From an uncultured Anaerolineales bacterium (GTDB lineage Bacteria; Chloroflexota; Anaerolineae; CG2-30-64-16), in assembly GCA_964588925.1 (NCBI GenBank), contig CAZPTI010000004.1, forward strand, positions 633 through 64,632: a stretch of 64,000 bases of DNA, given 5' to 3'. The first letter of the stretch is position 1, and each line of letters begins with the position of its first letter. Shown piece by piece: positions 28,222 to 37,930 of the stretch. A program made the translations under genes and the position numbers. The notes under the pieces are model-generated. The model made no database searches. It worked only from the letters and a program-made list of their open reading frames with translations, and had not been told where the DNA came from.

Positions 28222-28995
28222 TTATTCTGAATGCGGCAACTGGTTCTGCATGGTCACAATCGACATAACTTCCGCTCCATCTTCAGTTTCGTAGACACAG
28301 CAGCCGTCGGGCCGAAAAAGATACCCGCCGCCCGGAAAGTCCTCATCTACGGTGCGCCCGGCCTGGGTTGCCACCGCAATCCACAGCCCATAGTCGCGCG
28401 CATACGCCGATAGATACTCGCGACACTCCCCGCGCCACCACTCGTAGCCTGACCTCCAGTCGCGGGTCGCCTGCTCCCCGTACAGGCCCGGCGCGGCCAC
28501 CTCAAACACTACCCAGGCACCCTGCTGAGCGCACGCAGCGAAAACCTTGCGGTTATGGATGTCGGCGCAGATGGCGACGCCATACTTGAGATCGTCGTGG
28601 CGAAAAACCGGCACGCCCTGACCTGGCGCAAACCAGGCGGCCTCTTCGTCGACGATCGTGACCTTGCGGTAATAGCCCAACATCCGCCCACCACGCGTAG
28701 CTACTTGAGTAATGTACGGCTTGCCGGTCGGATTCGCCTCCACCAAGCCCGCTAGTAAGGTCGCCCGTCCGTTGGCAGTCAAGGCGACGAGAGCAGCGAC
28801 CTCGGGGCCGTTCAGCCGCAAGACCGCCTGGGGTTGGCGCGTAGGGTCGATGTATCCCGTTAGGCTCATCTCAGGGCACGCTACAATGTCTGCGCCCTGT
28901 AAGTTGGCCTGGCGGTAAACGCGCTCGATAGCCGCCAGGTTTTCGGCCACCGCAGCCTTCTCGCATCGCATTTGGGCTAAAGCAAATGTCAACAT
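28222..28995 (-). CDS. carbon-nitrogen hydrolase (nitrilase superfamily)
   Basis: 257 aa. Glu in IVACPEMSL, Lys in YYRKVTIVD, Cys in GVAICADIH (E-K-C triad). Confidence 0.85.
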   Translation of the reverse strand: MLTFALAQMRCEKAAVAENLAAIERVYRQANLQGADIVACPEMSLTGYIDPTRQPQAVLRLNGPEVAALVALTANGRATLLAGLVEANPTGKPYITQVATRGGRMLGYYRKVTIVDEEAAWFAPGQGVPVFRHDDLKYGVAICADIHNRKVFAACAQQGAWVVFEVAAPGLYGEQATRDWRSGYEWWRGECREYLSAYARDYGLWIAVATQAGRTVDEDFPGGGYLFRPDGCCVYETEDGAEVMSIVTMQNQLPHSE

Positions 28996-29162
28996 GGTGC
29001 CCAGTATAGCAGGTGGGGCGGTCGGGCATCAACCAGGTGGACAAGCCTTCACCGGGTGCGGCTTGACTCGGGTCACGCTTGGCGCCGCTATGCTGAGGCG
29101 AGCGCAACAAAAAGGGGACAGCCTCCCCGGCTGCCCCCTCTTCTCTTTCACTCCCCTGCCGC

Positions 29163-30845
29163 TTACGGCACAACCGTAATCCGGTTCTGCGGCCCTGGCG
29201 CCACCGGGCTGAACGCCTTGAAGTAGGCCTCCAGCGCGTCCGTGTCCACCGCGCCCCCCAGGCGATTCGTCCCCTGCTTCAGCACGGAGAAGTTATCCCC
29301 GCCATCCGCCAGGAAGCTGTTGACCGTGATGCGATAGGTCGCGTTCGGGTCAATCGCCGCGCCGTTGATCTGGATCGACGCGATGTCGACTTTGTTACCC
29401 GTCGGCGCGCTCTGGCTCCACGTGTAGGTGAAGCCGTTGGACACCTGCAGGATGCGGTTCTGGCCGGCCGACGGGTTATCGAACTGCTGCTCGAGCAGCG
29501 TGTCGATCTGGCTGCCGGTCAGGTCCATCGTCACCAGGTTGTTGCCGAACGGCTGCACCGTGAACATCTCGCCGTAGGTCACTTCGCCCGGCTGCTCCGT
29601 GCCGCTGATCTGGCTGTAGATGAAGTCCGCGCGGATGCCGCCCGGATTCATGAACGCCACAATCGCGCCGCCTTCGCTCGCCGGCTTCGTATTCTCCAGT
29701 TGCGCGTCCGCAATCACGTCGCCCAGCGCCGACTCGCCCGCCGCGTTCGCAGCGCGCGTGATGTCCGCCGTAATGCTGCCGATCACGCGGTCAGCAATCG
29801 GCTTCGCAACAGCCTGATACTTGGCGATCAATTCGGTCAGCAGCGAGGCCTTCGGCACGTCGCGCGTCACGATGACGTTGTTGGCCGCCATCTGCGTGAC
29901 TTCGCCCGAGATGCGGTCGATCTTAAGGTCGATGTCCGTCACCAGGCGGCCGAACGACGCCGCGCTCGTCACCAGCTTGCCATTGATGTTGCAGTTGTAC
30001 GCCTGGTGCGTGTGGCCGCTGATTACGACGTCGATTTCCGGGTCGAGCCGGTTAACGATGTCGACGATCGGGCCGGAGATGCCCACGCACTGGTTGTACG
30101 TGCCGGTCTGCGCGCCGCCCTCGTGGATCAGCACGACGATGGTCTCGACCCCGCGCGACTTGAGGATCGGCACCAGCGCGTTCGCAGTGTCGGCCTCGTC
30201 CTTGAAGGTCAGCCCCTCCACGCCCGACGGAGTGACGATGCTCGGCGTGCCTTCGAGTGTCATGCCGATGAAGCCGATGCGCGCCCGGTTGAACACCTTG
30301 ATGCCCACCGGATCAAAAATCGGGCGGCCCGTCGCGTCGTTGATGACGTTGGCCGCCAGGAACTTGAAGTTCGCGCCGTTGAAGCCGTCCCCGTCGAGGC
30401 AGCCGTCAACCGGATGGCAGCCGCCGTACTGCATGCGCAGCAGCTCCTGCCAGCCCTCGTCAAACTCGTGGTTGCCCACCGCATTGAAGTCGAGGCCGAT
30501 CAAGTTGAACGCCTCGATGGTCGGCTCGTCATGGAACAGCGCGGAAAGCAGCGGGCTTGCGCCGATCATGTCGCCCGCGGACACCACCACCGTGTTCGGG
30601 TTCGCGGAGCGCAGTTGGTCGATGTGGGTCGCCAGGTACTCGACGCCGCCGGCGTTGACGCTGCCGATGCGGCCAGACGAACCCGACGGCGGCTCCAGGT
30701 TGCCGTGAAAGTCGTTAATCGCGAGAAGCTGAACGTCGATGATCTTCGGCGGGATGGCGCCCGCAACACTGACTGCGCCGAGAGCCAGCACGATGACGGC
30801 GGCGAAGAGCAAGAGAGTCCGCGTTCGCAACTTGCGCATGGACAT
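29163..30845 (-). CDS. secreted bifunctional metallophosphatase/5'-nucleotidase
   Basis: Signal peptide; NDFHGNL, GDMIGASP, GNHEFDEG metallophosphoesterase motifs; C-terminal 5'-nucleotidase domain. Confidence 0.9.
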   Translation of the reverse strand: MSMRKLRTRTLLLFAAVIVLALGAVSVAGAIPPKIIDVQLLAINDFHGNLEPPSGSSGRIGSVNAGGVEYLATHIDQLRSANPNTVVVSAGDMIGASPLLSALFHDEPTIEAFNLIGLDFNAVGNHEFDEGWQELLRMQYGGCHPVDGCLDGDGFNGANFKFLAANVINDATGRPIFDPVGIKVFNRARIGFIGMTLEGTPSIVTPSGVEGLTFKDEADTANALVPILKSRGVETIVVLIHEGGAQTGTYNQCVGISGPIVDIVNRLDPEIDVVISGHTHQAYNCNINGKLVTSAASFGRLVTDIDLKIDRISGEVTQMAANNVIVTRDVPKASLLTELIAKYQAVAKPIADRVIGSITADITRAANAAGESALGDVIADAQLENTKPASEGGAIVAFMNPGGIRADFIYSQISGTEQPGEVTYGEMFTVQPFGNNLVTMDLTGSQIDTLLEQQFDNPSAGQNRILQVSNGFTYTWSQSAPTGNKVDIASIQINGAAIDPNATYRITVNSFLADGGDNFSVLKQGTNRLGGAVDTDALEAYFKAFSPVAPGPQNRITVVP

Positions 30846-30991
30846 CTACGGTTACCTCCATCGTTTCTATGGGATGCTGACAGTATACCCTAAGTCACGT
30901 TGCATGTAAAACAATGTGGTCTGTGTTGTTTGTTCTGTCAATAACTATTACCCGGCGCATCCCGCCAGCAGGGCGCGCCGCAGCATTGGCA

Positions 30992-32794
30992 CTACGGCGC
31001 GCCCGTCACCAGCCCGAACTCAAACTCGCCCACTCGATTTGATGGCGCAAGCTGGACCGCGCCGCAGGTCGCTTTGGGCTGGACAAGCCACGAGTAGTTT
31101 GTCGCGGCGTCGCCAAGCGCGTTCTGCGTCACGTTGGTCGCCGTCACCGTGGCGCAGTTCGTCCCCTTGCACGGCAGCGTAGGCGCGAAATAGGGCCAGC
31201 CGCTGCGCCACACCTGGTAGCCGGACGCGCCCGCCTTCGCGCTCCACGTCAGCTTTACATCCGTCCCATTGAGCTTGACGATGGCGAGGTCGGTTATAGC
31301 TGTCGGCGCAACGCACGCCTTCGCCTGGTTGATCGCAGCCAGCGCGTCGATGCGTCCCCACCCGAAGACGTTGTTCGGAACGGCAGTGGAGCTATCCCCT
31401 CCGCAACCCTGCGAGCTGGTCAGGTGGACCGCGCTCTGTTCGATCATGTTGCGGATTTCGTCCACGCTGCCCCGCAGGTTGGGATTAGCTGAGATGACCA
31501 GCGCGACCAGGCCCGCCACGTGCGGCCCGGCCATGCTCGTGCCGCTCATCGTTGTGTAGCTGTTGTTAGTGGAGTAGTAGCTCGAACGCACGCTGACGCC
31601 CGGTGCGGAGATGTCCGGCTTCATCCGGTTGCTGCCGTCGATCGTGACTGGGCCGCGGCTGCTGAAGCTCGCGATATTGTCGCTGCTGTCCGTCGCGCCC
31701 ACCGAAAACGATTCCGCGTAGGTCGCAGCGGGAGTGGCTACCGTGCTGCACGCTGACCCCTCGTTGCCCGCGGAATGGACTGTCACGATGCCCGCTGCGG
31801 TCACGTTCTGCACCACAGTCAGCAGCGCGTTCGGGTCGGTGCACCCCTCGTCGGGCGGACAGCCCCACGAGTTGTTGATCACGTCGGGCGCCTTGCCTGG
31901 GTCCGCGCCCGTGCCGTCGATCTTGGTCGGCGCGATGAACCACTGGTAGCACTCGCTGTAGGTGGCCGGCGTGCCCACGCCCGCGTTCATGTTCCGGCAG
32001 CCGATCCACTTCGCGTCGGGCGCCATGCCGACCTGGTTGCTCCCGCCGTCGTCACCCACCATCGTGCCCATCGTGTGTGTACCGTGGCCGTTGTCGTCGC
32101 ACGGCTGCGCCGAGTCCGCGCCGCAGCTTGAGCCGGTCGTGTGAATCGCGTCGTGCCAGTTGTAGTCGTGGCTGGCCGTCGTTCCGTTCCAGCCGCGATA
32201 CTTGCTCTTCAGCGCGTTGTGCGTCCACCGATAGCCGGTGTCCTGTCCCGCAATCACCGCGCCTGCGCCTTTCGTCCCCGCGGCCCACGCGTCCGGCGCT
32301 TTGACCTTCGTGATGTTCCACTCAACGGCAGCCGGCGACACGTCCGCCAACTCGTCCGGCTCCCCCGCGGACACTACGTCAAGCTTCACCTGCGGGTTCG
32401 CGTTGATCCGCGCCACATCTGAGCGCTCGGCCAGCGCCTGAACCACGTCCAGCCCGCCGCGCACCCAGATCATGTTCGCCACCCAGTACGGCCGGAACTC
32501 CACCCCGCGTTCTTGCAGCGCGCGGCGCACCGGCCCCTGCGTGCGCTCGGCATGCTGGCTCAAAGTGCGGTAGACATATTCCCCGCGCTCGGCCTTTGTC
32601 GCAAGCTGCGCGGCCGCGCTCACGTCGGCCTGGTCCGCAAGAAAGACGAGAAACTCCGTCGGCCCGTTTGCGCCGGTTTGCAGCACCCACGGATCGACCT
32701 TGTCCTGCCAGGCTGCGTCGTCGGCGCGCGCGGGCGCGCCGGAAAGGATCAGTGTTAGGATGAGGAGCGCAATCGTGATGAACGAGCGAGGCAT
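30992..32794 (-). CDS. secreted S8 (subtilisin-like) serine peptidase with I9 propeptide and C-terminal Fn3-like module
   Basis: Catalytic triad contexts AGQDTGY, GHGTHTMGT, GTSMAGPHVAG. The C-terminus (KLTWSAKAGASGYQVWRSGWPYF...VGEFEFGLVTGAP) is shared with the 53057..55486 product. Confidence 0.9.
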   Translation of the reverse strand: MPRSFITIALLILTLILSGAPARADDAAWQDKVDPWVLQTGANGPTEFLVFLADQADVSAAAQLATKAERGEYVYRTLSQHAERTQGPVRRALQERGVEFRPYWVANMIWVRGGLDVVQALAERSDVARINANPQVKLDVVSAGEPDELADVSPAAVEWNITKVKAPDAWAAGTKGAGAVIAGQDTGYRWTHNALKSKYRGWNGTTASHDYNWHDAIHTTGSSCGADSAQPCDDNGHGTHTMGTMVGDDGGSNQVGMAPDAKWIGCRNMNAGVGTPATYSECYQWFIAPTKIDGTGADPGKAPDVINNSWGCPPDEGCTDPNALLTVVQNVTAAGIVTVHSAGNEGSACSTVATPAATYAESFSVGATDSSDNIASFSSRGPVTIDGSNRMKPDISAPGVSVRSSYYSTNNSYTTMSGTSMAGPHVAGLVALVISANPNLRGSVDEIRNMIEQSAVHLTSSQGCGGDSSTAVPNNVFGWGRIDALAAINQAKACVAPTAITDLAIVKLNGTDVKLTWSAKAGASGYQVWRSGWPYFAPTLPCKGTNCATVTATNVTQNALGDAATNYSWLVQPKATCGAVQLAPSNRVGEFEFGLVTGAP

Positions 32795-32873
32795 GAGATC
32801 TCCATATCAAGGAAAAGGGCGCGCGCAGGCAGTGGGGGCATCGGAATTGCGCGCCAGAAAACGCGGATCGAGC

Positions 32874-33290
32874 CTACAGAGAGGCGAGCGCCGCATCTAC
32901 GGTCGGATACACCTCGAACGCATCGCCGAAGCCTACCTTCGATAATGTAGCCGTGACGCGCGGCTGCGGATTCACCAGCTTCAGCGAGCGCCGCGCGTCC
33001 GCGCCCTGCCCGTAGCCCATCGACCGGATCGCGGCCCACCCTTGTTCCGGGTCCGGCGGCTTCTGCCCCTGCATCAGGAGCGCAATGCTGTGGATCGCGA
33101 CGAGGCCCGAGCTGCTGACGAAATCCGTGTTGGACAGGTCGAGGAGCAGCGTGCGCGCGCCGCCTTTGTAAGCCCCCTCCGCCTGCGCAATCGCCTGGAG
33201 GTAGCTGGTCGCGTCCAGATCGCCCGCCATGCCGAGCACGGCCACATCTGGTCTGCCTGGAGCCTGCATGACCTTGAAATCCATTTTCAT
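32874..33290 (-). CDS. STAS-domain anti-sigma-factor antagonist (RsbV/SpoIIAA-like)
   Basis: 138 aa. LLLDLSNTDFVSSSGLVAI carries the phosphorylatable Ser context. ATGA overlap with the upstream kinase gene. Confidence 0.85.
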   Translation of the reverse strand: MKMDFKVMQAPGRPDVAVLGMAGDLDATSYLQAIAQAEGAYKGGARTLLLDLSNTDFVSSSGLVAIHSIALLMQGQKPPDPEQGWAAIRSMGYGQGADARRSLKLVNPQPRVTATLSKVGFGDAFEVYPTVDAALASL

Positions 33291-33754
33291 CCCTCCTGCG
33301 ACGCTTCCCGTCGCAACATGGTAAGCGTCAGCTCATTCCAGCCGTCTGGCGTCCGGCGATAGTGGATTTCGTCCAGTGTCTTTCGCATCAGGTAGATGCC
33401 CAACCCGCCCGGCATGCGATCGGCAAGGGGGGGCAACTCGGCCTCAACTGGGGCTGCGGTCGGGTCGAAGGGTGGCGCCTGGTCGCGCAACGTCACACTC
33501 AGCGCCGGCGCCTCGTAATGCGCCTCCACCTCCACCAGGCCTGTTTCGGCCTCGTTTCGTTCGGGCGCAGGGGCGACCTGATAGCCGTGCATGAGGATGT
33601 TCGTAGCCGCTTCGTCAACCGCCAACACCAGGTCATAAATCTTCATATCCGCGAAGCCGGCCGCGCGCGCGACCGCCTCCACGTAGTCGCGAATCACTTT
33701 CAAGTTGTCGAGGCGGGCAGCCACGCGCAGCGGCGTGGAGCGTTGAGAAGGCAT
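33287..33754 (-). CDS. anti-sigma regulatory Ser/Thr kinase (RsbW/SpoIIAB-like, HATPase_c_2)
   Basis: 155 aa. AVDEAATNILMHGY N-box and MPGGLGIYLM G-box. Confidence 0.85.
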   Translation of the reverse strand: MPSQRSTPLRVAARLDNLKVIRDYVEAVARAAGFADMKIYDLVLAVDEAATNILMHGYQVAPAPERNEAETGLVEVEAHYEAPALSVTLRDQAPPFDPTAAPVEAELPPLADRMPGGLGIYLMRKTLDEIHYRRTPDGWNELTLTMLRREASQEG

Positions 33755-33766
33755 TGGGCGCTTACC

Positions 33767-35005
33767 TCATGTCCTGCGCATCGCAATGACGGTGATGTCG
33801 TCCGAATGCGGCTGGCCGTTGATGTGCTCATCCACTGCGGCGACGACGCGGTCGCACAGCGCCTGCGCGCTGAGTGCGGAACTGTTCGTTGTCAGTTCGC
33901 TCAGTCGCTCCTCGCCAAAGAACTCGCGTGCCGGGCTGCGCGCTTCGATCACCCCGTCAGTATACAGCACCAGCGATTCGCCCGACCCCAGGCGCAGCGT
34001 AGCATCATGCAACTCGACCGTGTCGAACAGGCCCAGCAGCCGACCGTCACCCTCAAGATCGTAGCAGGGTGTCTTGTCACTAGTCGGGACGACAAGCGGC
34101 GGTTCATGTCCCGCGCGCGCATAAGTAAACACGCCGGAAGAGATGTCAAGCGTGCCGTATAACGCGGTCACGAACATGCGGTTCGCGCCCAGCTTAAGAA
34201 GCTGCGCGTTGACCGCGGTCAGCACGTCCGCTGGCGAGCACCCGCGGCACGCCTCCGCGCGCAGCAGCGCCACCGTGATCGCCATAATGAGCGCGGCCGG
34301 CACCCCGTGCCCCGACACGTCGCCCACCGCGACGCCGAGATGCTCTTCGTCCAGCGCGATAAAATCGTAGAAATCGCCACCCACCTGCATCATGGGCAGC
34401 AGCCGCGCGCCGAAATCGTACCCCGCGATGCTCGGCGCGCGGTCAGGCAGCAGGCTCAACTGAATCTCGCGCGCCAGCGCCAGCTCATGCTCCAGCTTGC
34501 GCGTCTCGACCAGCTCCGCTTGCGCCGTATGGAGATCCTCCAGCGCCTGTTGAAGCTGGCGGTTGCGCTCTTCCAGCCGCCGGATATTGCTGTTGTGCGC
34601 CTCTTCGAGCCGCGCGCCCATAACGCGCGCCATCGCATAGCCCAGGGGCGGGTAGCGGTGGAGCAACGCATCGAAGTCCGCGCGCGTCATCACCAGCACC
34701 TCGCCGTCGCCGCGGGCGCGCGCGCTGGCCGTGCGGACGCCGCTCGCGCTCAGCAGGCTCATCTCGCCGATGTACTCGCCTGGCCCGCGCATCGCGATGA
34801 CCTGCTCGCCCCCGTCCTCCAGCCGCTTGAAAATCTCGATTTCGCCCTGAATGACGATGTAGAAGCGGTCCCCGCGCTCGCCCTCGCGAAAGAGCACCGC
34901 GCCCGCCAGAATGTCCTCCGCCTGCAACGTCTCGGCCAGCCATCGGATATGCCGCGGCGGCAGCGCGGAAAAGAATGGCACGCGGCGGATGATTTCCTGA
35001 AGCAC
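33767..35005 (-). CDS. cyclic-nucleotide-binding domain fused to PP2C (SpoIIE/RsbU-type) phosphatase
   Basis: 412 aa. cNMP-binding [20 protein letters not shown]...[10 protein letters not shown], a coiled coil, then PP2C motifs GGDFYDF and GDVSGHG. Confidence 0.85.
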   Translation of the reverse strand: MLQEIIRRVPFFSALPPRHIRWLAETLQAEDILAGAVLFREGERGDRFYIVIQGEIEIFKRLEDGGEQVIAMRGPGEYIGEMSLLSASGVRTASARARGDGEVLVMTRADFDALLHRYPPLGYAMARVMGARLEEAHNSNIRRLEERNRQLQQALEDLHTAQAELVETRKLEHELALAREIQLSLLPDRAPSIAGYDFGARLLPMMQVGGDFYDFIALDEEHLGVAVGDVSGHGVPAALIMAITVALLRAEACRGCSPADVLTAVNAQLLKLGANRMFVTALYGTLDISSGVFTYARAGHEPPLVVPTSDKTPCYDLEGDGRLLGLFDTVELHDATLRLGSGESLVLYTDGVIEARSPAREFFGEERLSELTTNSSALSAQALCDRVVAAVDEHINGQPHSDDITVIAMRRT

Positions 35006-35192
35006 GGTCGTTATCCTGGCTGCTTGTAAGATATTTGTAGCGACGCTGCATCTTACTTCGCATTGTTGCGCCGCGCAAGTGGCAAACGAACGAGACCGCG
35101 CGAATTCGCTAAATTCGCAGCAGCCTCGCCACTGCGCTATAATCTACGGGAAGGCGCGCAGGCGCCGCAACCTCGTTGCGTTTGGAGGGGAC

Positions 35193-35945
35193 ATGATTAA
35201 GCTCGTGCTGCTTCGCCACGGCGAGAGCACCTGGAACAAGGAAAACCTGTACACCGGCTGGACCGACGTCGATCTTTCGGAGAAGGGGCTGGCGGAGGCG
35301 AAGGAAGCAGGCCGGCTGATGAAGGCTGATGGCTTCATGTTCGACCTGGCCTACACTTCGGTGCTCAAGCGCGCCATCCGCACGCTCTGGATCGCGCTCG
35401 ATGAGATGGATTTGCTCTGGCTGCCGGTCATTAAGACGTGGCGTCTGAACGAACGGCACTACGGCGCGTTGCAGGGGCTGAACAAGGCGCAGACCGCAGA
35501 GCAGTACGGCGAGAAGCAGGTGAAGCTGTGGCGCCGGTCATACGACGTGCCGCCGCCGTCGCTCACGCGCGACGACCCGCGCTGGCCCGGCCACGACCCG
35601 CGCTACGCCGACGTCGACCCTGACGAGCTGCCCCTGGCGGAGTGTCTTAAGGACACCGTCGCGCGCTTCCTGCCCTGGTGGCACGCCGAAGCGGTGCCCG
35701 CGCTCAAGTCGGGTAAGCGGGTCATCATCGCCGCGCATGGCAACAGTCTGCGCGCGCTGGTGAAGTACCTCGACAACATCTCGGACGAAGCGATCGTCGA
35801 GCTGAACATCCCCACCGGCGTCCCGCTCGTCTACGAACTCGACGACGACCTCAAGCCCATCCGCAGCTACTATCTGGGCGATGCGGACGCGGTTGCGAAA
35901 GCTGCTGCCGCGGTGGCAGCTCAAGGGACGACGAAAAAGGAATAG
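35193..35945 (+). CDS. gpmA: 2,3-bisphosphoglycerate-dependent phosphoglycerate mutase
   Basis: [39 protein letters not shown] before ATG 35193. The upstream extension to 35079 is rejected. Confidence 0.95.
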   Translation: MIKLVLLRHGESTWNKENLYTGWTDVDLSEKGLAEAKEAGRLMKADGFMFDLAYTSVLKRAIRTLWIALDEMDLLWLPVIKTWRLNERHYGALQGLNKAQTAEQYGEKQVKLWRRSYDVPPPSLTRDDPRWPGHDPRYADVDPDELPLAECLKDTVARFLPWWHAEAVPALKSGKRVIIAAHGNSLRALVKYLDNISDEAIVELNIPTGVPLVYELDDDLKPIRSYYLGDADAVAKAAAAVAAQGTTKKE

Positions 35946-35956
35946 CGCGCAGATCA

Positions 35957-36017
35957 ACGCAGATGGGGTGGATTAGCAGGATCGTTTCTTGATCCCGTCA
36001 ATCCACCCCATCTGCGT
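35957..36017. repeat. long perfect palindromic hairpin (18-bp arms, inner 5-bp hairpin)
   Basis: ACGCAGATGGGGTGGATT ... AATCCACCCCATCTGCGT. Arms extend imperfectly to about 35946-36027 with duplicated CGCAGAT units. Lies between convergent genes. Confidence 0.8.
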
Positions 36018-36036
36018 CATCTGCGTGCTATTCCAA

Positions 36037-36327
36037 TCAATCAACCACGAGAATGCAGTTATCCTCGCCCATGCCGGAGGGCTCGTAGCCATCCGCCTGC
36101 GGGTCGTTGTGCCAGCGGTTGCCGTCGGCCACATAGCGGAAGCGGTACGTGCCCGGCTCCAGCCGTACGGCCTTCGTCCACACGCCGTCCTTCCGACGTT
36201 TCATCGTCCCGTTCGCCGCGTCCCAATTGTTGAAATCGCCGACAACCGACACCTCGTTCGCCTCGACACCCGGCAACTCGAACGTCACCGACCGCTTCTT
36301 GCTGTTTGCGATCGCCTCTTTCTTCAC
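36037..36327 (-). CDS. CBM48/AMPK1_CBM glycogen-binding-domain protein
   Basis: VTFELPGVEANEVSVVGDFNNWD...GVWTKAVRLEPGTYRFRYVADG. GTG at 36327 has a GAGAGG RBS; the ORF maximum extends to GTG 36369. Confidence 0.75.
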   Translation of the reverse strand: MKKEAIANSKKRSVTFELPGVEANEVSVVGDFNNWDAANGTMKRRKDGVWTKAVRLEPGTYRFRYVADGNRWHNDPQADGYEPSGMGEDNCILVVD

Positions 36328-36465
36328 TGCAAAAAACCTCTCTTGTGGTAGTTCCTCGCGCTGCCGCACCTTCTGGCAACGGCAATTTGGATGGACTAAT
36401 CCCTTAAATACCAGAAAGGGCCATGACGCGTCAAATCCGTCCTACGTCTTTCTTCGTAGGAATGC

Positions 36466-36494
36466 TTGCGCATCGCCTCTGTTCAGACTATAAT
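36466..36494 (+). promoter_or_regulatory. candidate promoter giving a leaderless fdhD mRNA
   Basis: TTGCGC (36466-36471), 17 nt, TATAAT (36489-36494), then 7 nt to ATG 36502. Confidence 0.45.
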
Positions 36495-36501
36495 CGGGGT
36501 T

Positions 36502-37329
36502 ATGCGCACGGCGGACCACCGGCAAGGGGCGGAACGGCAAGCGCCCTTGAGTGAAGAAGTCCCGATCCGCCGGTGGGAAAACGGCCGGTTGCGCGAGGGA
36601 ACGACGCACGTTGTCCGTGAGGCGCGCGTCCGCCTGCACGTGAACGGCGCGGAGTGGCTCAGCCTGATGGCGACCCCGCGTGAGCTCGACCTGCTGGCGC
36701 TGGGCTTTCTCGCCACCGAAGGCGTCATCTGCGGACCCGAGGACGTACGGCGGATCATCGTGTGTCCGAGCGGCGCGTGCGTGGAAGTGTGGCTGGCCGA
36801 CGCGGAGATCGCGCGGCCGGCGCAGGCGACGTTGACAAGCGGATGCGGCGGCGGGATCACCTTCGCGGACCTGTCCGCCGAGCAGGAGCCAATGACGGCC
36901 GACGCGCGGGTTACGGCGCGGCAACTCGGCCGGTTGATGTTCCAGTTGCAGGAGCGGGAACGGACGCGCGGCCTGCATACGGCCGCCCTGGGCGAGGGCG
37001 AATCGCTGCTCGCGCTGGCGGAAGACGTGGGAAGACATAACACGCTGGACAAGCTTTTTGGCCGGTGCCTTGTCGAGGGCCTACCAACCAGAGGGCGAAT
37101 CCTGCTAACAACGGGGCGCATCAGCGCCGAGATGCTCAACAAGGCCATGCGGATGCGCACGCCGGTCGTCGTAAGCCGAAGCTCGCCGACGACGCTTTGC
37201 GTGGCGCTTGCAAAGGCATGGAACGTAACACTCGTGGGTTACGCGCGCCGCGATAGCCTGACGGTGTACACCGGGCTGGAGCGTGTGCTCGAGGATGCCG
37301 AGGAGGTGGGGATCAATGCGCAGTCGTGA
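36502..37329 (+). CDS. fdhD: formate dehydrogenase accessory sulfurtransferase FdhD
   Basis: LALGFLATEGVI, TSGCGGG, GRHNTLDKLFG motifs. The ORF-track TTG start at 36466 coincides with the putative -35. Confidence 0.85.
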   Translation: MRTADHRQGAERQAPLSEEVPIRRWENGRLREGTTHVVREARVRLHVNGAEWLSLMATPRELDLLALGFLATEGVICGPEDVRRIIVCPSGACVEVWLADAEIARPAQATLTSGCGGGITFADLSAEQEPMTADARVTARQLGRLMFQLQERERTRGLHTAALGEGESLLALAEDVGRHNTLDKLFGRCLVEGLPTRGRILLTTGRISAEMLNKAMRMRTPVVVSRSSPTTLCVALAKAWNVTLVGYARRDSLTVYTGLERVLEDAEEVGINAQS

Positions 37330-37801
37330 CGATGCCTGGATAGCCCTTGATCGTGGCTTCAAAACGTTCATGGACTCTCTGGGACACCTCACCGAGGAAG
37401 AACTCACTGCCAGCGATGTCGTCGGCAAATGGTCGGTCAAGGACGTGGTGGCGCACGTCTGGTCGTGGGTTGATGAAGCCGTGCAGACGGCGAAGGCCTG
37501 GCAGGGCAAGCGTCCCTGGCAGGAAGGCATGAGCTACGATGACGGCTGGAACGAGAAGCAGGTGCAGTCTCGCGCGTCGTTGCCGCTCATAAACGTGGTC
37601 GATGGACTGACCGGCTCGCACCGCCGGTTGATGCACCTGCTCGACATGGCGGAAGACGCCGACCTTGCTAAGACAGCGCAGGTGCCGTGGGAAGACGGGG
37701 AGATGGCCCTGGTCGACTTTTTCTACTCGATGGCAGGGCATTATCAGGAACATGCCGTGGACTTGAAAAACTACCAGGAGCGCTGCCTGGAGTGCGATTG
37801 A
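37316..37801 (+). CDS. DinB/ClbS-like four-helix-bundle protein
   Basis: WSVKDVVAHVWSW...MAGHYQEHAVDL. ATG at 37316 overlaps the fdhD end by 14 nt. Confidence 0.7.
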   Translation: MRSRDDAWIALDRGFKTFMDSLGHLTEEELTASDVVGKWSVKDVVAHVWSWVDEAVQTAKAWQGKRPWQEGMSYDDGWNEKQVQSRASLPLINVVDGLTGSHRRLMHLLDMAEDADLAKTAQVPWEDGEMALVDFFYSMAGHYQEHAVDLKNYQERCLECD

Positions 37802-37823
37802 ACCAGGCGCGCATCGCTTCGAG

Positions 37824-37851
37824 ACCGGCCCGCGAGGGCCGGTTTTGTTTT
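37824..37851 (+). terminator. rho-independent terminator
   Basis: ACCGGCCC-GCGA-GGGCCGGT followed by TTTGTTTT. Confidence 0.8.
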
Positions 37852-37930
37852 ACTGGGAAACCAGTTACAGACATAAGCGGGCGGACGCGCGAGAGTGGGC
37901 GTACTTGCAACCCATCCTGGAGGATTACTG

